Below are positions 50,558 to 63,357 of a DNA stretch of 64,000 bases, piece after piece; position 1 is the first letter of the stretch, and every line of letters starts with the position of its first letter. The position numbers were made by a program, and so were the translations under genes. The notes under the pieces are model-generated. The model saw only the letters and a program-made list of their open reading frames with translations, was not told where the DNA came from and made no database searches. The stretch is from the NCBI GenBank assembly GCA_030390025.1, contig CM059431.1, forward strand, positions 106,394,001 through 106,458,000, given 5' to 3'. This stretch comes from Squalus acanthias. Taxonomy: Eukaryota.

Positions 50558-50689
50558 CTCCTACCTGAGAGAATGCTTAAAGGGGGGCAGTCATAAACGT
50601 ACAGAAAAAAGTTAAACCACAAGGAAATAGTGGGCTGAAATATCCTTAAAATAAAGCTCCATTTATTTCTGGAAGCTGATTCCATAAAT

Positions 50690-50850
50690 AATTTTAAAAT
50701 GGAGTTGGACAGGTACTGGAGGATGAGGAACTTACAGGGTTACGGACAAAAAGCGGGGGGTGTGGGACTAAGCACGACTGCTCTTTCAAAGAGCCGGCAC
50801 AGGCATGACCGGCTGAATGGCCTCCTCCTGTGCTGTAAGTTTCTATGTTT
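50690..50850 (+). mobile_element. CR1 3' end
   Basis: gagttggacaggtact...gaatggcctcctcctgtgctgtaagtttctatg. Confidence 0.8.
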
Positions 50851-51391
50851 TTTCTATTCTTTAGGATAACCAGTAAAATGCACAGAATGCAACGTCAAAT
50901 TGGCTGTGCTATAAGGAACATATTTTGAAAAATTGCAGGCGAATGTCAGTTATCTGAAGAATGATTATCTGACTCCTTCAGCTATCCAAATATACACCTC
51001 AATGCATTTCTAATGGGAGCTCAGCTTGGCACCCAGGGCTGGGAGCAGGGAGTGGGAGCAGGTGGCAATAGGAATCTCGGAAAAGACACCGTACAAATCA
51101 AAGAATTTTCAAATAGCCCATTTGAACTGTCACAATAAAAAGAGATTAGAAGAAAATCTATTGCTCTGAAAGTGAGAGCCATTAGTGCTCAGGTCTCTCT
51201 TCATTTTAAGCCCTGAAAACAATATAGTGCGCCTTTTATCTCTTATTAACTCACTTCAAAATAACATAGTGCTGAAACCCACCATTGATAAAATTATTCC
51301 TGCTTTATTAAATCTCTATCTCCTTCAACAGAACAGAACATTGGAGCCTCCACAGTGATTCCCCACGCAAGGAGCTTTTGAAACCAGTAAA

Positions 51392-52057
51392 AGCTCGTGG
51401 ACAGGTACAGAAATTCATTAAAAAGGCCAATGGAATGCTGGTCTTTATCTGAAGGAGGCTGGAATACAATGGGTTGGAAGTTATGTTAAAGTTATACAAA
51501 GCTCTGGTTAGACCCCATTTAGAGTACTGCGTTCAGTTTTGGGCTCCGCACCTCAGGAAAGATATATTGGCCTTGGAGGGGGTGTAGCACAGCTTCACCA
51601 TATTAATACCTGGGCTGAAAGGATTAAGTTATGAAGACAGGTTGCATAGAGTATTCTTGTATTCCCTTGAATATAGAAGATTGAGGGGTGATCTAATTGA
51701 GGTGTTTAAGATGATTAAAGGATTTGATAGGCTAGATAGAGAGAAACTATTTCCTCTGGTGGGGGAGTCCAGAACAAGGGGGCAGAACCTTAATATTCAG
51801 TGGTTGTGTCAGGAAGCATTTCCTCACACAAAGGGTGGTGGAAATCTGGAACTCTCCCCCCCAAAAAGCTGTTGAGGCTGGGGGTCAATTGAAAATTTCC
51901 AAACTGAGCTTGATAGATTTCTGTTAGGCAAGGGTATTAAGGGTTACAGAACCAAGGTGGGTAAATGGAATTCGAATACAGATCAGCCATGATCTAATTG
52001 AACGGCGGAACAGGTTCGAGGGGCTGAATGGACAACTCCTGTTCCATGTTTCTATGA
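51392..52057 (+). mobile_element. CR1 LINE 3' fragment
   Basis: YSLEYRRLRGDLIEVFKMIKGFDR. Confidence 0.92.
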
Positions 52058-52644
52058 TCTCACATAGACCATTCAACAAAGAGCAGGTTATTTCTCATAG
52101 AGAAGTGGGGTAAGTGAGATAGTCGGGCACCCCAGGAATTTGCTCCTGGCTGTCAGTCGGGGCAGCCTTGGTTGAAGCCCTGGAGCAGGTCTCCAGCATA
52201 TCCTCTTGGTTGAGGAAGTTAGATAGAGACCGCATGAAGGTAGAAGAGGAGAAAATCTAATTAATGATCAAAAAATAAATTCTGTGCAAGTGCCCATCGT
52301 AACCTGATACACAAATAACATTTTATGAAGTTTTAGCACACTCAGTTCAAGGTGAATATTATGTTTGACACACATTTATTGTTTGAACACACATTTCAGG
52401 CATCGATCACTTTGCATAACTGACACCTTTCTGCACTGGCAGAATGAGTTCAGACCACCTTCAAGAATAGAGGTCTATTTTGAGTCATTGTAATAAAATA
52501 TGGAACGTGAAAGTGTTATCCAGCCTTCAAAAGTCCTGCAATCTCAGTAATAAGGCTGCTTGCAAATTGTTCAGCCAGTTTTCTGAGGCTCTATTTCTAT
52601 CCAGCATAAAATGTGTTTGGGACAACTGTTGTGGTAGTTACCAG

Positions 52645-53100
52645 CTCTTAACTTTGTTAATGTGACTTGAGTCTGAAGGTAGTGAGTTCAAGATCAACAA
52701 CAGGACTTGAGCATTTAGGTTGACCTTGAATCCAGGTTGGCACTTCAGTCCAGTACTGAAGGAGTAGTGCATTGTCAGAGCTGCTGCCTTTTGGATGAGA
52801 TATTAAACTGTGGCTTCGTGTACCTTCTTGGGTGGATCTAAGAGATCCCATGGCGCTATGTCAAGACGGAGTTCTCCCAGTGTCCTTGCCAACATTTATC
52901 CCTCAATTAAAACCATTAAAACAGACTAACAATTCATTCATCTCATTGCTGTTTGAGAAACCTTGGTCTGAGCAAGTTGGCTAATACGTTTGCCTACATA
53001 ACAACAGTGACCACAATTCAAAAGTAATTCATTGGCCATGAAGCACTTTGGAACATTCTGAGTATGTGAAAGACGCTATATAAATGCAAGTTCTTTCTTT
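52645..53100 (+). mobile_element. Older, diverged Deu-domain SINE
   Basis: Recognisable Deu core (ttttggatgagatattaaac...agatcccatggc) and tail. Confidence 0.75.
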
Positions 53101-53764
53101 CCTTGGCAGAACAAAGTTAGAGATACTAGTTGCCTCGTTAGGCACAGCACTGAGTCAAAGTTGGGTCTGTGGGATGGGACCGAACAGTACTGTCACATAA
53201 TGCCTTCTAATGGTCAAACCAAGAGCAGTGAATCTGGGCAAACCATCCAGGACCTCCTGATTAGGGAGGATTACCTGAGTGCATAGAGCACAGTTGAAAG
53301 GAAAGTGGAAAACTGCAATCTGCTTGTCTATCAATACCAACCATATGGAGCCAATAACGTGATAAACAGCCGAACCTCACATACTTGAAATAAGGAATTT
53401 ATTCCATGTCGATAACAACTCCACAATTAAAATAATTCAAAAACATACTCCTGCTTAGTACTGGTAAGCTATAACTGTAACCATGGTAACACATGCCTTT
53501 CTTTCTTGCTAGTTTTCAGCCGCCCCCCCCCCTTGAAGGCACTAACTTCTTGTAGTGAAATGCTTCTGTGGAGCCGTCATTGTTCCATACCTTACTCAAA
53601 TCGCCATTCTTTGACTTTGAGCATCGGTAGGCTATTTGACGTTCTATAGCCTCCTAAGAATCATTCTCTTCAACAGTGACTTCATGCTCACTCTCCCCCC
53701 GCAAAAAAATTCTCTTTTCTCCTGCCCAGGGCTCAAATTGTATCCGCCTGCCATGTTAAATGCT

Positions 53765-55263
53765 GTGGAGATGCCGGCGTTGGACTGGGGTGGACAAAAA
53801 TGAGAAGTCGCACAACACCAGGTTATAGTCCAACAGATTTATTTAATTTTACAAGCTTTCGAAGCAGTTTGCTCCTTCGTCAGGTAAGTTAGCAATGAGA
53901 GAATCTCCCAGAATTCACAATTTAAACCCAGACAAAATCTATTCACATTATTCCCTACAACAAAGAGCACAGCCAAGACAATGAGATGTGTCCCAGGGGG
54001 TCCAACGTGTCAAACCACCTGCTGGCTGCATATCCTGTCAATTTGTGTTCTTGTGTTAAGTCTTTTTAAAAAAAAAACCCCTGGGAAGACCGGCCATGAT
54101 GTCAAGTCACGTTCTGTATCGTGACATGAACCCGATATCGCGATTGAGGCCATCCTCATGAGTGCGGAACTTGGCTATCAGTTTCTGCTCTATGATTTTG
54201 CGCTGTCGTGTATCTCGAAGGCCGCCTTGGAGAACGCTTACCCGCAGATCCGAGGCTGAATGCCCCTGGCTGCTGAAGTGTTCCCCGACTGGGAGGCAAC
54301 CCTCCTGCCTGGCGATTGTTGCGCGGTGTCCGTTCATACGTTGTCTCAGTGTCTGCATGGTCTCGCCGATGTACCATGCTCTGGAGCATCCTTTACTGCA
54401 ACGTATCAGGTAGACAACGTTGGCCGAGTCACATGACTATGTACCGTGTACCTGGTGGGTAGTGTCCTCACGTGTAATGATGGTATCTGTGTCCATGATT
54501 TGGCATGTCTTGCAGAGGTTGCCGTGGCAGGGTTGTGTGGTGTCTTGGTTGCTGTTCTCCTGAAAGATGGGTAATCTGCTGCGAACGATGGTACTTTTGA
54601 GGTTAGGCGGCTGCTTGAAGGCGAGTAGTGGAGGCGTGGGGATGGCCTTAGCAAGGTGTTCGTCGTCATCGATGACATGTTGAAGGCTGCGAAGAACATG
54701 GCGTAGTTTTTCCGCTCCGGGGAAGTACTGGACGACGTAGGGTACTCTGTTGGTTGTGTCCCGTGTTCGTCTTCTGAGGAGGTCTATGCGGTTTTTCGCT
54801 GTGGCCCGTCGGAACTGTCGATCGACGAGTCGAGCGTCATATCCCGTTCTTACGAGGGCGTCTTTCAGTGTCCGTAGGTGTCCATCGCGTTCCTCCTCGT
54901 CTGAGCAGATCCTGTGTATTCGCAGGGCTTGTCCATAGGGGATGGCTTCTTTAACGTGGTTAGGGTGGAAGCTGGAGAAGTGGAGCATCGTGAGGTTGTC
55001 CGTGGGCTTGCGGTAGAGTGAAGTGCTGAGGCGTCCGTCTTTGATGGAGATTCGTGTGTCCAAGAATGAAACCGATTCTGAGGAGTAGTCCATGGTGAGT
55101 TTGATGGTGGGATGGAACCCAGATTTTGTCTGGGTTTAAATTGTGAATTCTGGGAGATTCTCTCATTGCTAACTTACCTGACGAAGGAGCAAACTGCTTC
55201 GAAAGCTTGTAAAATTAAATAAATCTGTTGGACTATAACCTGGTGTTGTGCGACTTCTCATTT
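53765..55263 (-). mobile_element. Penelope-like retroelement family B, 5'-truncated, with an inverted pLTR
   Basis: ORFs 54437-55093 (FLD, LYRKPTD, SSFHP, C-x4-C-x2-C) and 54107-54358 are in the same frame across one TAG and give VVYLIRC...WYIGETMQTLRQRMNGH (GIY-YIG). Identical 143-bp inverted repeats 53798-53940 and 55121-55263; 12-bp TSD atgttaaatgct. Confidence 0.95.
55174..55212 (+). ncRNA. Minimal hammerhead ribozyme motif (PLE family B); mirror copy on the minus strand at 53849-53887
   Basis: UUAC CUGACGA A GGAGCA aac UGCUUC GAAA GC UU GUAA. Confidence 0.72.
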
Positions 55264-56362
55264 ATGTTAAATGCTCTAAGATGTTTTTCTTTACGAGGAG
55301 CAGTGTTGCTCAGGGCTGGTAGAAGATAAGAGACCAAATTGCCCTCTACGTCACAAATCATTTAACCTGCCAAAATTGCTTATTAATACAATTTCTGTTA
55401 TTTAACAAACCAAAAAGGCTCCCACTACTCCCCCTACCCTGGTGTAATAGAACAAAATGGATCAGATCACAGTTTGCTTGCGATCACAATTTCATCTCGT
55501 CCCAGCAATTTGATCTGATTACTTGTTCACAACACTGCACACAAAATGCTGTATTTCATTCTTCCTTTTAGTGTTCAACAAACAGAAAAAGCCCTCATTC
55601 TTAAAAAAAAATCCTCAGGAGAATAAATCAGCAGAAATTGCTGATAATGTACCAGTGTGTGCAAACTGGAGACTGCGTGAGTCAGTTTATCTGTGACAGG
55701 CAATGGAATACAAGTGTGTCTGCAGATGTTGTAAAGGGGTGGGCACTGCAGTATTTAGTCTGCAGCAGGAGAAAGGAATATTTGGCTTGCTGGTGTGTGG
55801 AATACACGCCATTCTATGTGACAAGTGACGCAAACCTGTGAGAGGATCACTTCATGAAATGATAGTAAAACAGTTCCTGAAATCACCGGTCAGTACTAGC
55901 ACAGTAAATAAATCATGAACATTTCAGTCATGAACAGATTCTAGAACTAAATTATATTGCTGAGCCCACGCTGCATTCCATTTTATTAAATCGCTGTGTA
56001 TCTGCAATAACCTAATGTACAAATGACATTTTACAAGGTCTGAGCAACCTCAGTAGAATACTCATCCATCCACTTATCTCCTTCAGTGCCAGGCTGCTAT
56101 TGTATTAGCCGAGTTAAAAATCCCTGAGTGCCACCCATATAAAAGTATTTAATTCGAATATTCTGTTCAATGCTGTTCAAAGAATCAGCAACTAATTCTG
56201 AGACTGACAGATTATAACTGTCTATTAGGTCCTTTGCAAATAGGTCTTAGTGTCATCTCGGTACACCAATCCGCTGTGAGATTCCCTCAAGAACAGAACA
56301 TGAACTGGCTGAATTGTCCACTTTTCTATATGGTTGATGAGTAAAAGCGTACCATGGCAATC

Positions 56363-57103
56363 TGTCAGCCGTAGCTCAGTGTGTAGCACTCTCACCGCCG
56401 AGTCTGAAGGTCTATGGATTCAAGTCCCACTCCAGAGACCTGAGCACAGAATCCTAGGTTGACACTCCCGGTGCAGTACTGAGGGAGTGCGGCAGTGTTG
56501 GAGGAGCCAGTGTTTCGGTTGAGATGTTAAACCTGGGACGTTAAAGATACCACGGATCTATTTGAAGAAGAAGCAGGGGAGCTCTCCTGGCCAATAGTTA
56601 TTCCTCAATCAACATCACTAAAACAGCTGATCACAGAATCCCCACAGTGCAGATAGAGGCCATTTCGGCCCATCGAGCCTGCACCGACACATATCCCACC
56701 CTATCCCCGTAACCCCACGTATTTAATCCCCCCTAACACTAAGGGTCAATTTTATCATAGCCAAATCAACCTAACCCGCACATCTTTGGACTGTGGGAGG
56801 AAACCGGAGCACCCGGAGGAAACCCACGCAGACACGGGGAGAATGTGCAAACTCCACACAGACAGTCACCCGAGGCCGGATTCGAACCCGGGTGCCTGGC
56901 GCTGCGAGGCAACAGTGCTAACCACTATGCCACCGTGTTGCCTGGTCATTATCATAATTGCTGTTTGTGGGAGCTTGCTGTGCGCAAATTGGCTACTGCA
57001 TTTCTTACATTACAACAGTGACTGCACTTCAAAATGTACTTCATTGGCTGTAAAGCACTTTGGCATGTCGCGAAGTGCGCTATATAATCCAAGTTCTTTC
57101 TTT
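56363..57103 (+). mobile_element. Deu-domain SINE interrupted by a V-SINE
   Basis: Family match on both sides of 56631-56942. Confidence 0.88.
56631..56942 (-). mobile_element. V-SINE (HE1-like)
   Basis: Nearly identical to 2149-2450. Confidence 0.92.
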
Positions 57104-57573
57104 TAACCTGTTCTGTTTGGCCTCGTCATACATTATTACAAGCGACTGATAACTGCCATTTTCTTTCTGTTTCCTCATTTATTCAGACACAAATCGCCCT
57201 TGCTAATAAGCATAATTATTTATCACATTGGGGCTTCTTCTATTGAAACGCCAAATAATAACTGCCATGGACTAAGAGACGCCTTAATAACTCTAAAGGT
57301 TTCAGCATGAACCTGAGAGCTAAGCTCTTTGCTGAATTGCCAGACCTGACATATTCAGGACAGCAGTGAGCAGCTGGGCGTGAGTTACTGAACCGAAAAA
57401 TAAAGGGAGTCTGCAGCTTGGAAATAGAACGGACATTGTTTTTTCCCTCCCTCTCAATATATCAGATATTCATTCTTTCTCTGCTTGATATTGCAACTGA
57501 TCCCCTCTGTCCTACTGAAGCGTTTTGCTCGACCCTTCACCAATTACATTTGTCTACATAACAACAGTGAATG

Positions 57574-57722
57574 TAGATGAGCACTTGAAACGCCATAGCA
57601 TACAAGGCTACGGACCAAGTGCTGGAAAATGGGATTAGAATAGATAGGGCTTGACGGCCGGCGCAGACACGATGGGCCGAAGGGCCTCGTTCTGTGCTGT
57701 ATAACTCTACGACTCTATAACT
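57574..57722 (+). mobile_element. CR1 3' end
   Basis: Reverse complement of 37068-37205. Confidence 0.88.
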
Positions 57723-58239
57723 GCAAATGCAATTCAATGGTTGTGAAGCACTTTGGGACAATGTGAGGATACAATAAGATGTTCTACGAATGAAAGTTCA
57801 TTCTTTATTGTTACCGTTGTATTAACGCTGCATTGCCTCCCTTTACAGATTTCATATCCTCTCATTAAAATAAGCTTTTGGTGAATCAAAAATGAATTAG
57901 CCTGACTCAACTTTTCATTTGCAGAAGCTTATTTGGCCTTTAGCCGCAGGAAATGAATGTTAAGCTTACCTAAAAAAAAAGTCTTCTCTTTTAAAGAACT
58001 AACTTTTAAATCTTGTTATTCTCACTGTATGGTTTGTCACTACACTCTCAATTTTATTTCCAGCAAAGAACAGCACAAAGGTTTCCCTTTGATCAAACCA
58101 TCAAAGGAAACTTTAAAAGTAGGGAAGTGATTTTCAAATTGGAGCCCATAAGGGGTGCATAACAAGTGTAGGGCCTAGAACTTGGATGCTGCCCAGAATT
58201 GGGGCACGATCCCAGTGCCGCGCACGCTGCAGACACCTT

Positions 58240-58670
58240 GTCAGCCAGTGGCTCAGTGGGTAGCACTCTTGCCTTCTGAGTCAGAAGGTTGTGGGTTCAA
58301 GTCTCACTCCAGAGACTTGAGCACAGAATCTAGGCTGACACTCCCACTGCAGTACTGAGGGAGTGCTACACTGTCAGAGGTGCCATCTTACAGATGAGAC
58401 GTTAAACCGAGGCCCAGTCCGCTCTCTCAGGTGGACGTAAAAGATCCCACGGCACTATTTCGAAGAAGAGCAGGGGAGTTCTCCTCGGTGTCCTGGCCAA
58501 TATTTATATCCCAATCAACATCACTAAAACAGATTACCTGGTCATTATCACATTGCTGTTTGTGGGAGCTTGCTGTGCACTAGTTGGCTGCCGCGTTTCC
58601 TACATTACAACAGTGACTACACTTCAAAAGTACTTCACTGGCTGTGAAGCGCTTTGGGAGATCCTGAGGT
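58240..58670 (+). mobile_element. Deu-domain SINE
   Basis: A/B boxes and Deu core; extreme 3' tail missing. Confidence 0.92.
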
Positions 58671-58901
58671 ACTTTTAAAAACTGAAGCAGTTTTGGAAAA
58701 TATATTCTTTGAGAATCTCGGTGCCCCCGACTGTCGTCTCAAAACATTTACAGTTTATCAGCATGGAGTGGAATTCGTAACCTCTGCAAAGCTCTCTCGT
58801 GGATGTGGATTAACAGCTGCAGACGGCCACAAATGGGGGCAACTCGCTGAAACCCATGTTTTAGAGCAACCAATCTCAAACTGACAGCGGAGGGCAGACG
58901 T

Positions 58902-59055
58902 GGGCCCGGAAATTCATCTCGGGCTGCGGCACTAATCGGGCAGTATCGGACTGCCCGCCCGTTATACGCAGCGGCTGATACTGGATATCAGGCGCTGGGT
59001 ATAACAGGCGGCCGATCCAATACCGCCTGTTTTGCCGAGGCAAATTTCTAGGCCC
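58902..59055. mobile_element. Short GGG-TIR palindromic MITE
   Basis: gggcccggaaatt / aatttctaggccc; CpG-rich; internal gttatac...ctgata / tatcag...gtataac symmetry. Confidence 0.6.
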
Positions 59056-60137
59056 TGGCCTCAGACTCCTTGGACCTGATTCTGTTGTTTGACTGTAACA
59101 GCGGGTTCTATAAAAACTTGTAACAGTCACTGTGCTAATTGTATCTATATAACCTTAGTCTGGACTTTTCCCAAAAAACAGAAAACTTTTCCTTTAAATG
59201 GCAGGGGATCAAAAATTCCCTTTGAATAACAATTCCCATTAGCACTGTATCCCTCAACTGATATGTTCATTCTATAAAATATTCCAGCTATTTTTTTTTC
59301 TAAATAGGAAAATAACTAAAGTTTGATAAGAAGCATTTTGTTCTGCAAGCCATGCTAGAGATAATGCACAATGGTTCCAGAAACACCTGGCACATTATGT
59401 GAAGGATGAATTATTTTGAAAGGGAAATATTCACTATTCAGGGTCAGTGTTTGTGGCTTTTAATGTCCACCTATATATGCTAGCAAAAATATTTATGCAG
59501 CACTGAATTATTTGAAATAAGCCAGCAAGCTCTGTCTAAACCCTATAAAAATCGCAAGAAAATTCAACAATCATATCTCCATCCCCAGCCTTCTCTAACA
59601 ATTCCATGCATTTTACAGATATCTTCAGTTTTGGGCTGGTGAGACTGTCCATGGAGACACTAGACTCCGACAACATTTATAATTACTTTAGGAGTTTCAA
59701 AAGTGTAATACTGCCACAATGTCTTTTCAATAAAGACTGCTCTGTTTTGAAGTTCTCCAAAATTCCGTGTTGTTGTAAAAGAGAAAATTGCAGAATCACT
59801 GAAATGTTATTTCTAAACTGTGTTTTCCTCATCCCCTAAGCATCTCTGCCACCATGCTAGTCTCGTACAACAGGAGAGGTAGAAGAGATCATTATTGCTT
59901 TGTCAATAGCTCCATGACAGACCAATAGGAACTGTGCTTCAATAACAAGGAATGGAACTCCCGTCAGTCTATTTTTTCTTTTAATGAGATGGAGTACATC
60001 ACTAATCAAGTTGACAGCCTAGAGGAACACTTCCAAACCTTACCCATTAAGGGCACTTGTGTTAGATTAAAAGCTGAGGCTGGGATTTTAACTGAGGTCC
60101 TCTGAACAAGAGTTGAGCACCGTATTGTTGGATACAC

Positions 60138-60678
60138 AAAAACAACAACTTGCATTTCTATAACGCCTTTAAACGTAGTAAAAGGTCCCAAGGCGCTTCA
60201 CAGGAGCCACATAAGGAGATTTTACGACAGGTGACCAAAAGCTTGGTCAAAGAGAAAGGTCTTAAAGGAGGAGAGAGAGGGAGAGAGACGGAGAAGTTTA
60301 GGGAGGGAATTCCAGAGCTTAGGGCCGAGGCAGCTAAAGGCACGGCCGCCAATGATAGAGCAATGAAAATCAGGGATGCGCAAGAGGCCAGACTTGGTGG
60401 AGCACAAAGATCTCGAAGGGTTGTAGGCAATGTTCCCTCTATTTTTTCTTTTCACTGCAAGGGGCCCTTTAACTAGCTGCGCAGCCCATTCAAATTTTCG
60501 CGCATGGGTGGTTTTTTTTCAATGTAAAGGCCGGTGAGCGGCCTGTGTGGGACCTCCAGACTGTTGTGTAGCCACGTGGCCATGCAGCTTAGTGGAAATG
60601 TTGGTTGTAGGGCTAGAGGAGGTTACAGAGATAGGGAGGGGTGAGGTCATGGAGGGATTTGAAAACACGGGTGAGAAC
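60138..60678 (-). mobile_element. L2 LINE 3' fragment interrupted by a MITE
   Basis: GGRAFSCLGPKLWNSLP...FDQAFGHL; L2 resumes at 60604. Confidence 0.88.
60428..60603. mobile_element. hAT-like MITE (176 bp)
   Basis: Exact 8-bp TSD gttgtagg (60420-60427, 60604-60611); imperfect TIR caatgttccctct / agtggaaatgttg. Confidence 0.8.
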
Positions 60679-61404
60679 ACATGAGGATGCATATTCCATT
60701 AAATAACATTAACATCCCTCATCTTGGACAAGGATTAAATTCATACACCATATTCATTTCTGAGCCCTGGATTAAAACATTATATTATTCCATAACAATT
60801 AAATATATTTTAATATAATAAAGATATACACACACACACACACACTAGTTATTTTTCTTCTCTACAATTTCTGCAGGACAACATCGGACTTTAAATGAGA
60901 TGGACTGATTGTAGCCGTCACTATCTTAAGTGACGTAACTAAGTTGTTAATCTTAGCTATAATCGGGGAGAAACTAAAGGACAAAGGCATTTTGTGAGTA
61001 TAAGCAAAACCCAAGTCAAGTCGATGGTCCTCTTTCTACTGTGTCCAAAGTTACCAAAGTTGTGTGGTTTATTAACATGCACAGTTATGCCCATGCACAC
61101 ACAAGACACAGTCACAGTGTCAACAGTGAGCGCTCACAGGCCACACTAAAATAAAAAATCTAATTTGTGTTTGTATTGATCTCTTCGCCACCCCGCTCCT
61201 CCCAATAAAACCAAAAGGAAATAACTAATCAGCAGTTTAGTACAATTACAGCAGCACAAAGGGGACAGGGATAGATTTAAGTCAGGTATGTGCCTGCCCA
61301 AAGTTCATTGTTTTTACAGTAGCGATTTTGATCGCAAGGATGAGCGAATAAAAACTCCTGTGAAAATTGGATCAACTAAATTGAAAAATATTAAAGCTTT
61401 TTTG

Positions 61405-61768
61405 CAAACAACAACTTGCATTTATATAGCGTCTTTAACGTAGAAAACGTCCCAAGGAGACTTCACGGGAGAGGAGGCAGACAAAATATGACACCGAGCC
61501 ACATCAGGAGACAGTAGGACAGTTCGGTTTTAAGGAGCGTCTTAAGAGGAGGAGGGAGAAGTAGAGAGGAGGAGAGGTTTAGGGAGGGAATCCCAATTCT
61601 TGGGGCCGAGACAGCTGAAGGCATTGCCACCAATGGTGGGGCGGAGGGAGTGGGGGGATGGACAAGAGGCCAGAATTGAAGGAAGGCGGAATTCTCAGAG
61701 GGTTGTAGGGCTGGAAGTGGTTACAGAGATGGGGGGGGGGGGGGTGGGGGGGAGGGCGAGGTCACGGA
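61405..61768 (-). mobile_element. L2 LINE 3' fragment
   Basis: Family match to 3881-4260; contains an expanded G-run at 61731-61756. Confidence 0.85.
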
Positions 61769-62468
61769 CCTAGTACAGAATGTTTGAGCACTTGCTGTAA
61801 AGATAACCATTTCCTTGCCACACAAATGAGAATCACCTTTATCAACACTGACTAGCCCTCAGTAGCTGTCAAGATGTGTGAACAGGACAGAACTTGGAAT
61901 GACCAGGCTAAGTTAAGTATGACAGTGGCACGAAACGGATATTGAAGCATCAGTTTTGGAAGTCAAATCATAGCTTTCTTTCCTGTTTTTCCACACAGCA
62001 CCACCCCCATCTCCACTAACAAAAGCTTGTGTTTAGGTTTATATGTGGGAGTAATGAGTTTACGCTTGGGTTGTATAAAGCTTAATTCAGGAGTAGTGAA
62101 GAGTAATTATGTTGGTCTGGTTTATAAAGATTTCCCAACAGGAGCGCTCGCTCTCTGAGTGCTTGTCCATAAACACAAGTTTTACTGTGGAATGTGTGAT
62201 TATCTACCAATTCCTTGAGCACTGACCATTGAGCATCACACTCTCTGGACGTACCATTGATCAGTGAAATGTCTCATTTCTTTTATGTTGCAGTTTGTAA
62301 TTCAGACTAACCATTTTGACCCTGGTGTATTCCTTTAACCGGGGTGCATCTGAATGCAAGTCCAATAGGATTGTACCCTGCCCAATCTTGCTAATAAATG
62401 ATCACATTCTTAAAACAGAGTGGCAGTGGTCTGATCTTTGCATCAGCTGTTAACAGATAAGAGATATA

Positions 62469-63357
62469 GGGGGGGAAAATTCAGTTGGTTTGCGCCTCCC
62501 GTTAGCGCCTTAAGAGGGCGCTAATGGGGCGCAAAGCAACTAGCGCCAGGGCGCGGCGGTTTGCGCCGCTCGCAAAATTAACTAGACATTTTGCGGTGGC
62601 GCTAAACACTACCGCCACGATCTCCTGTGCCGGCAGATCGTGACGTCAGTCGAGTGCGCAACGCCCCGGTAGCGCCCCGGAGCGGATATTGAGTGGCGTC
62701 CCCTGCCTTATCGCCTGCCGCTAGCAACGATAGGTTGAGGGGAGCGTTTTGCAGTCAGGAAGGGACTGTGGGAGCGCTATTTAAAGGCGTTCGCTTCCTG
62801 CCTTTTTTTGTTGGTGACATTTTTGAACCACGCATTCTGAGAGAGAGAGAGACTTCTGGAGAGATTCAATGCTGTGTGAAGGAGTTTTGGGTACTGAGCA
62901 GCACTTTGCAGGTTCATTTTGATTTGCCCTTCCTTGTATCGATTTAGAAGAGACAGTGGGGGTTGCACTCTGAGCTCTTTCCCTGGACCTCTCCATTGTT
63001 CTTTCCAGCAGATTTGATGTACAGGTCTCTCCAGGCCGAGATTCAAGGCTGCAATGAGCAGGATGTGGATGGAAAGCAAGATCAACCCTCCCCTTAAGAA
63101 CTGGCCGGCGCCATTGTGTCTGTGTTCCATTGCTGACTGACATCGCATGAGCTTCGCCAGCGCTCTGAGTTAGCGCCTCGCTCCTCAGCCTTTGCACCTT
63201 AAGACAGGTGTGAAGCGCCTGATTTAGCGCTCCAATCACCTCCAGGGGCGATAAAAGTCAAGTTTGCAGTCGGAGGCGATAATTAGCGCCAGGCGCTAAT
63301 CTTTGCGCCTGGCCGATAATTGCGCCCCAAATGGGGCGATACTGAATTTCTCCCCCC
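62469..63357. mobile_element. Non-autonomous GGG-TIR DNA transposon (PIF/Harbinger-like)
   Basis: gggggggaaaattcagt / actgaatttctcccccc; ata on both flanks; CpG-rich subterminal regions with repeated tagcgcc / ggcgcta. Confidence 0.8.

Noticed and set aside
61731..61756. Functional G-quadruplex
   Set aside because: It is a homopolymer expansion inside an L2 fragment; length is uncertain and there is no evidence of function.
62500..62720. CpG island or promoter
   Set aside because: The CpG richness is confined inside a TIR-bounded transposon.
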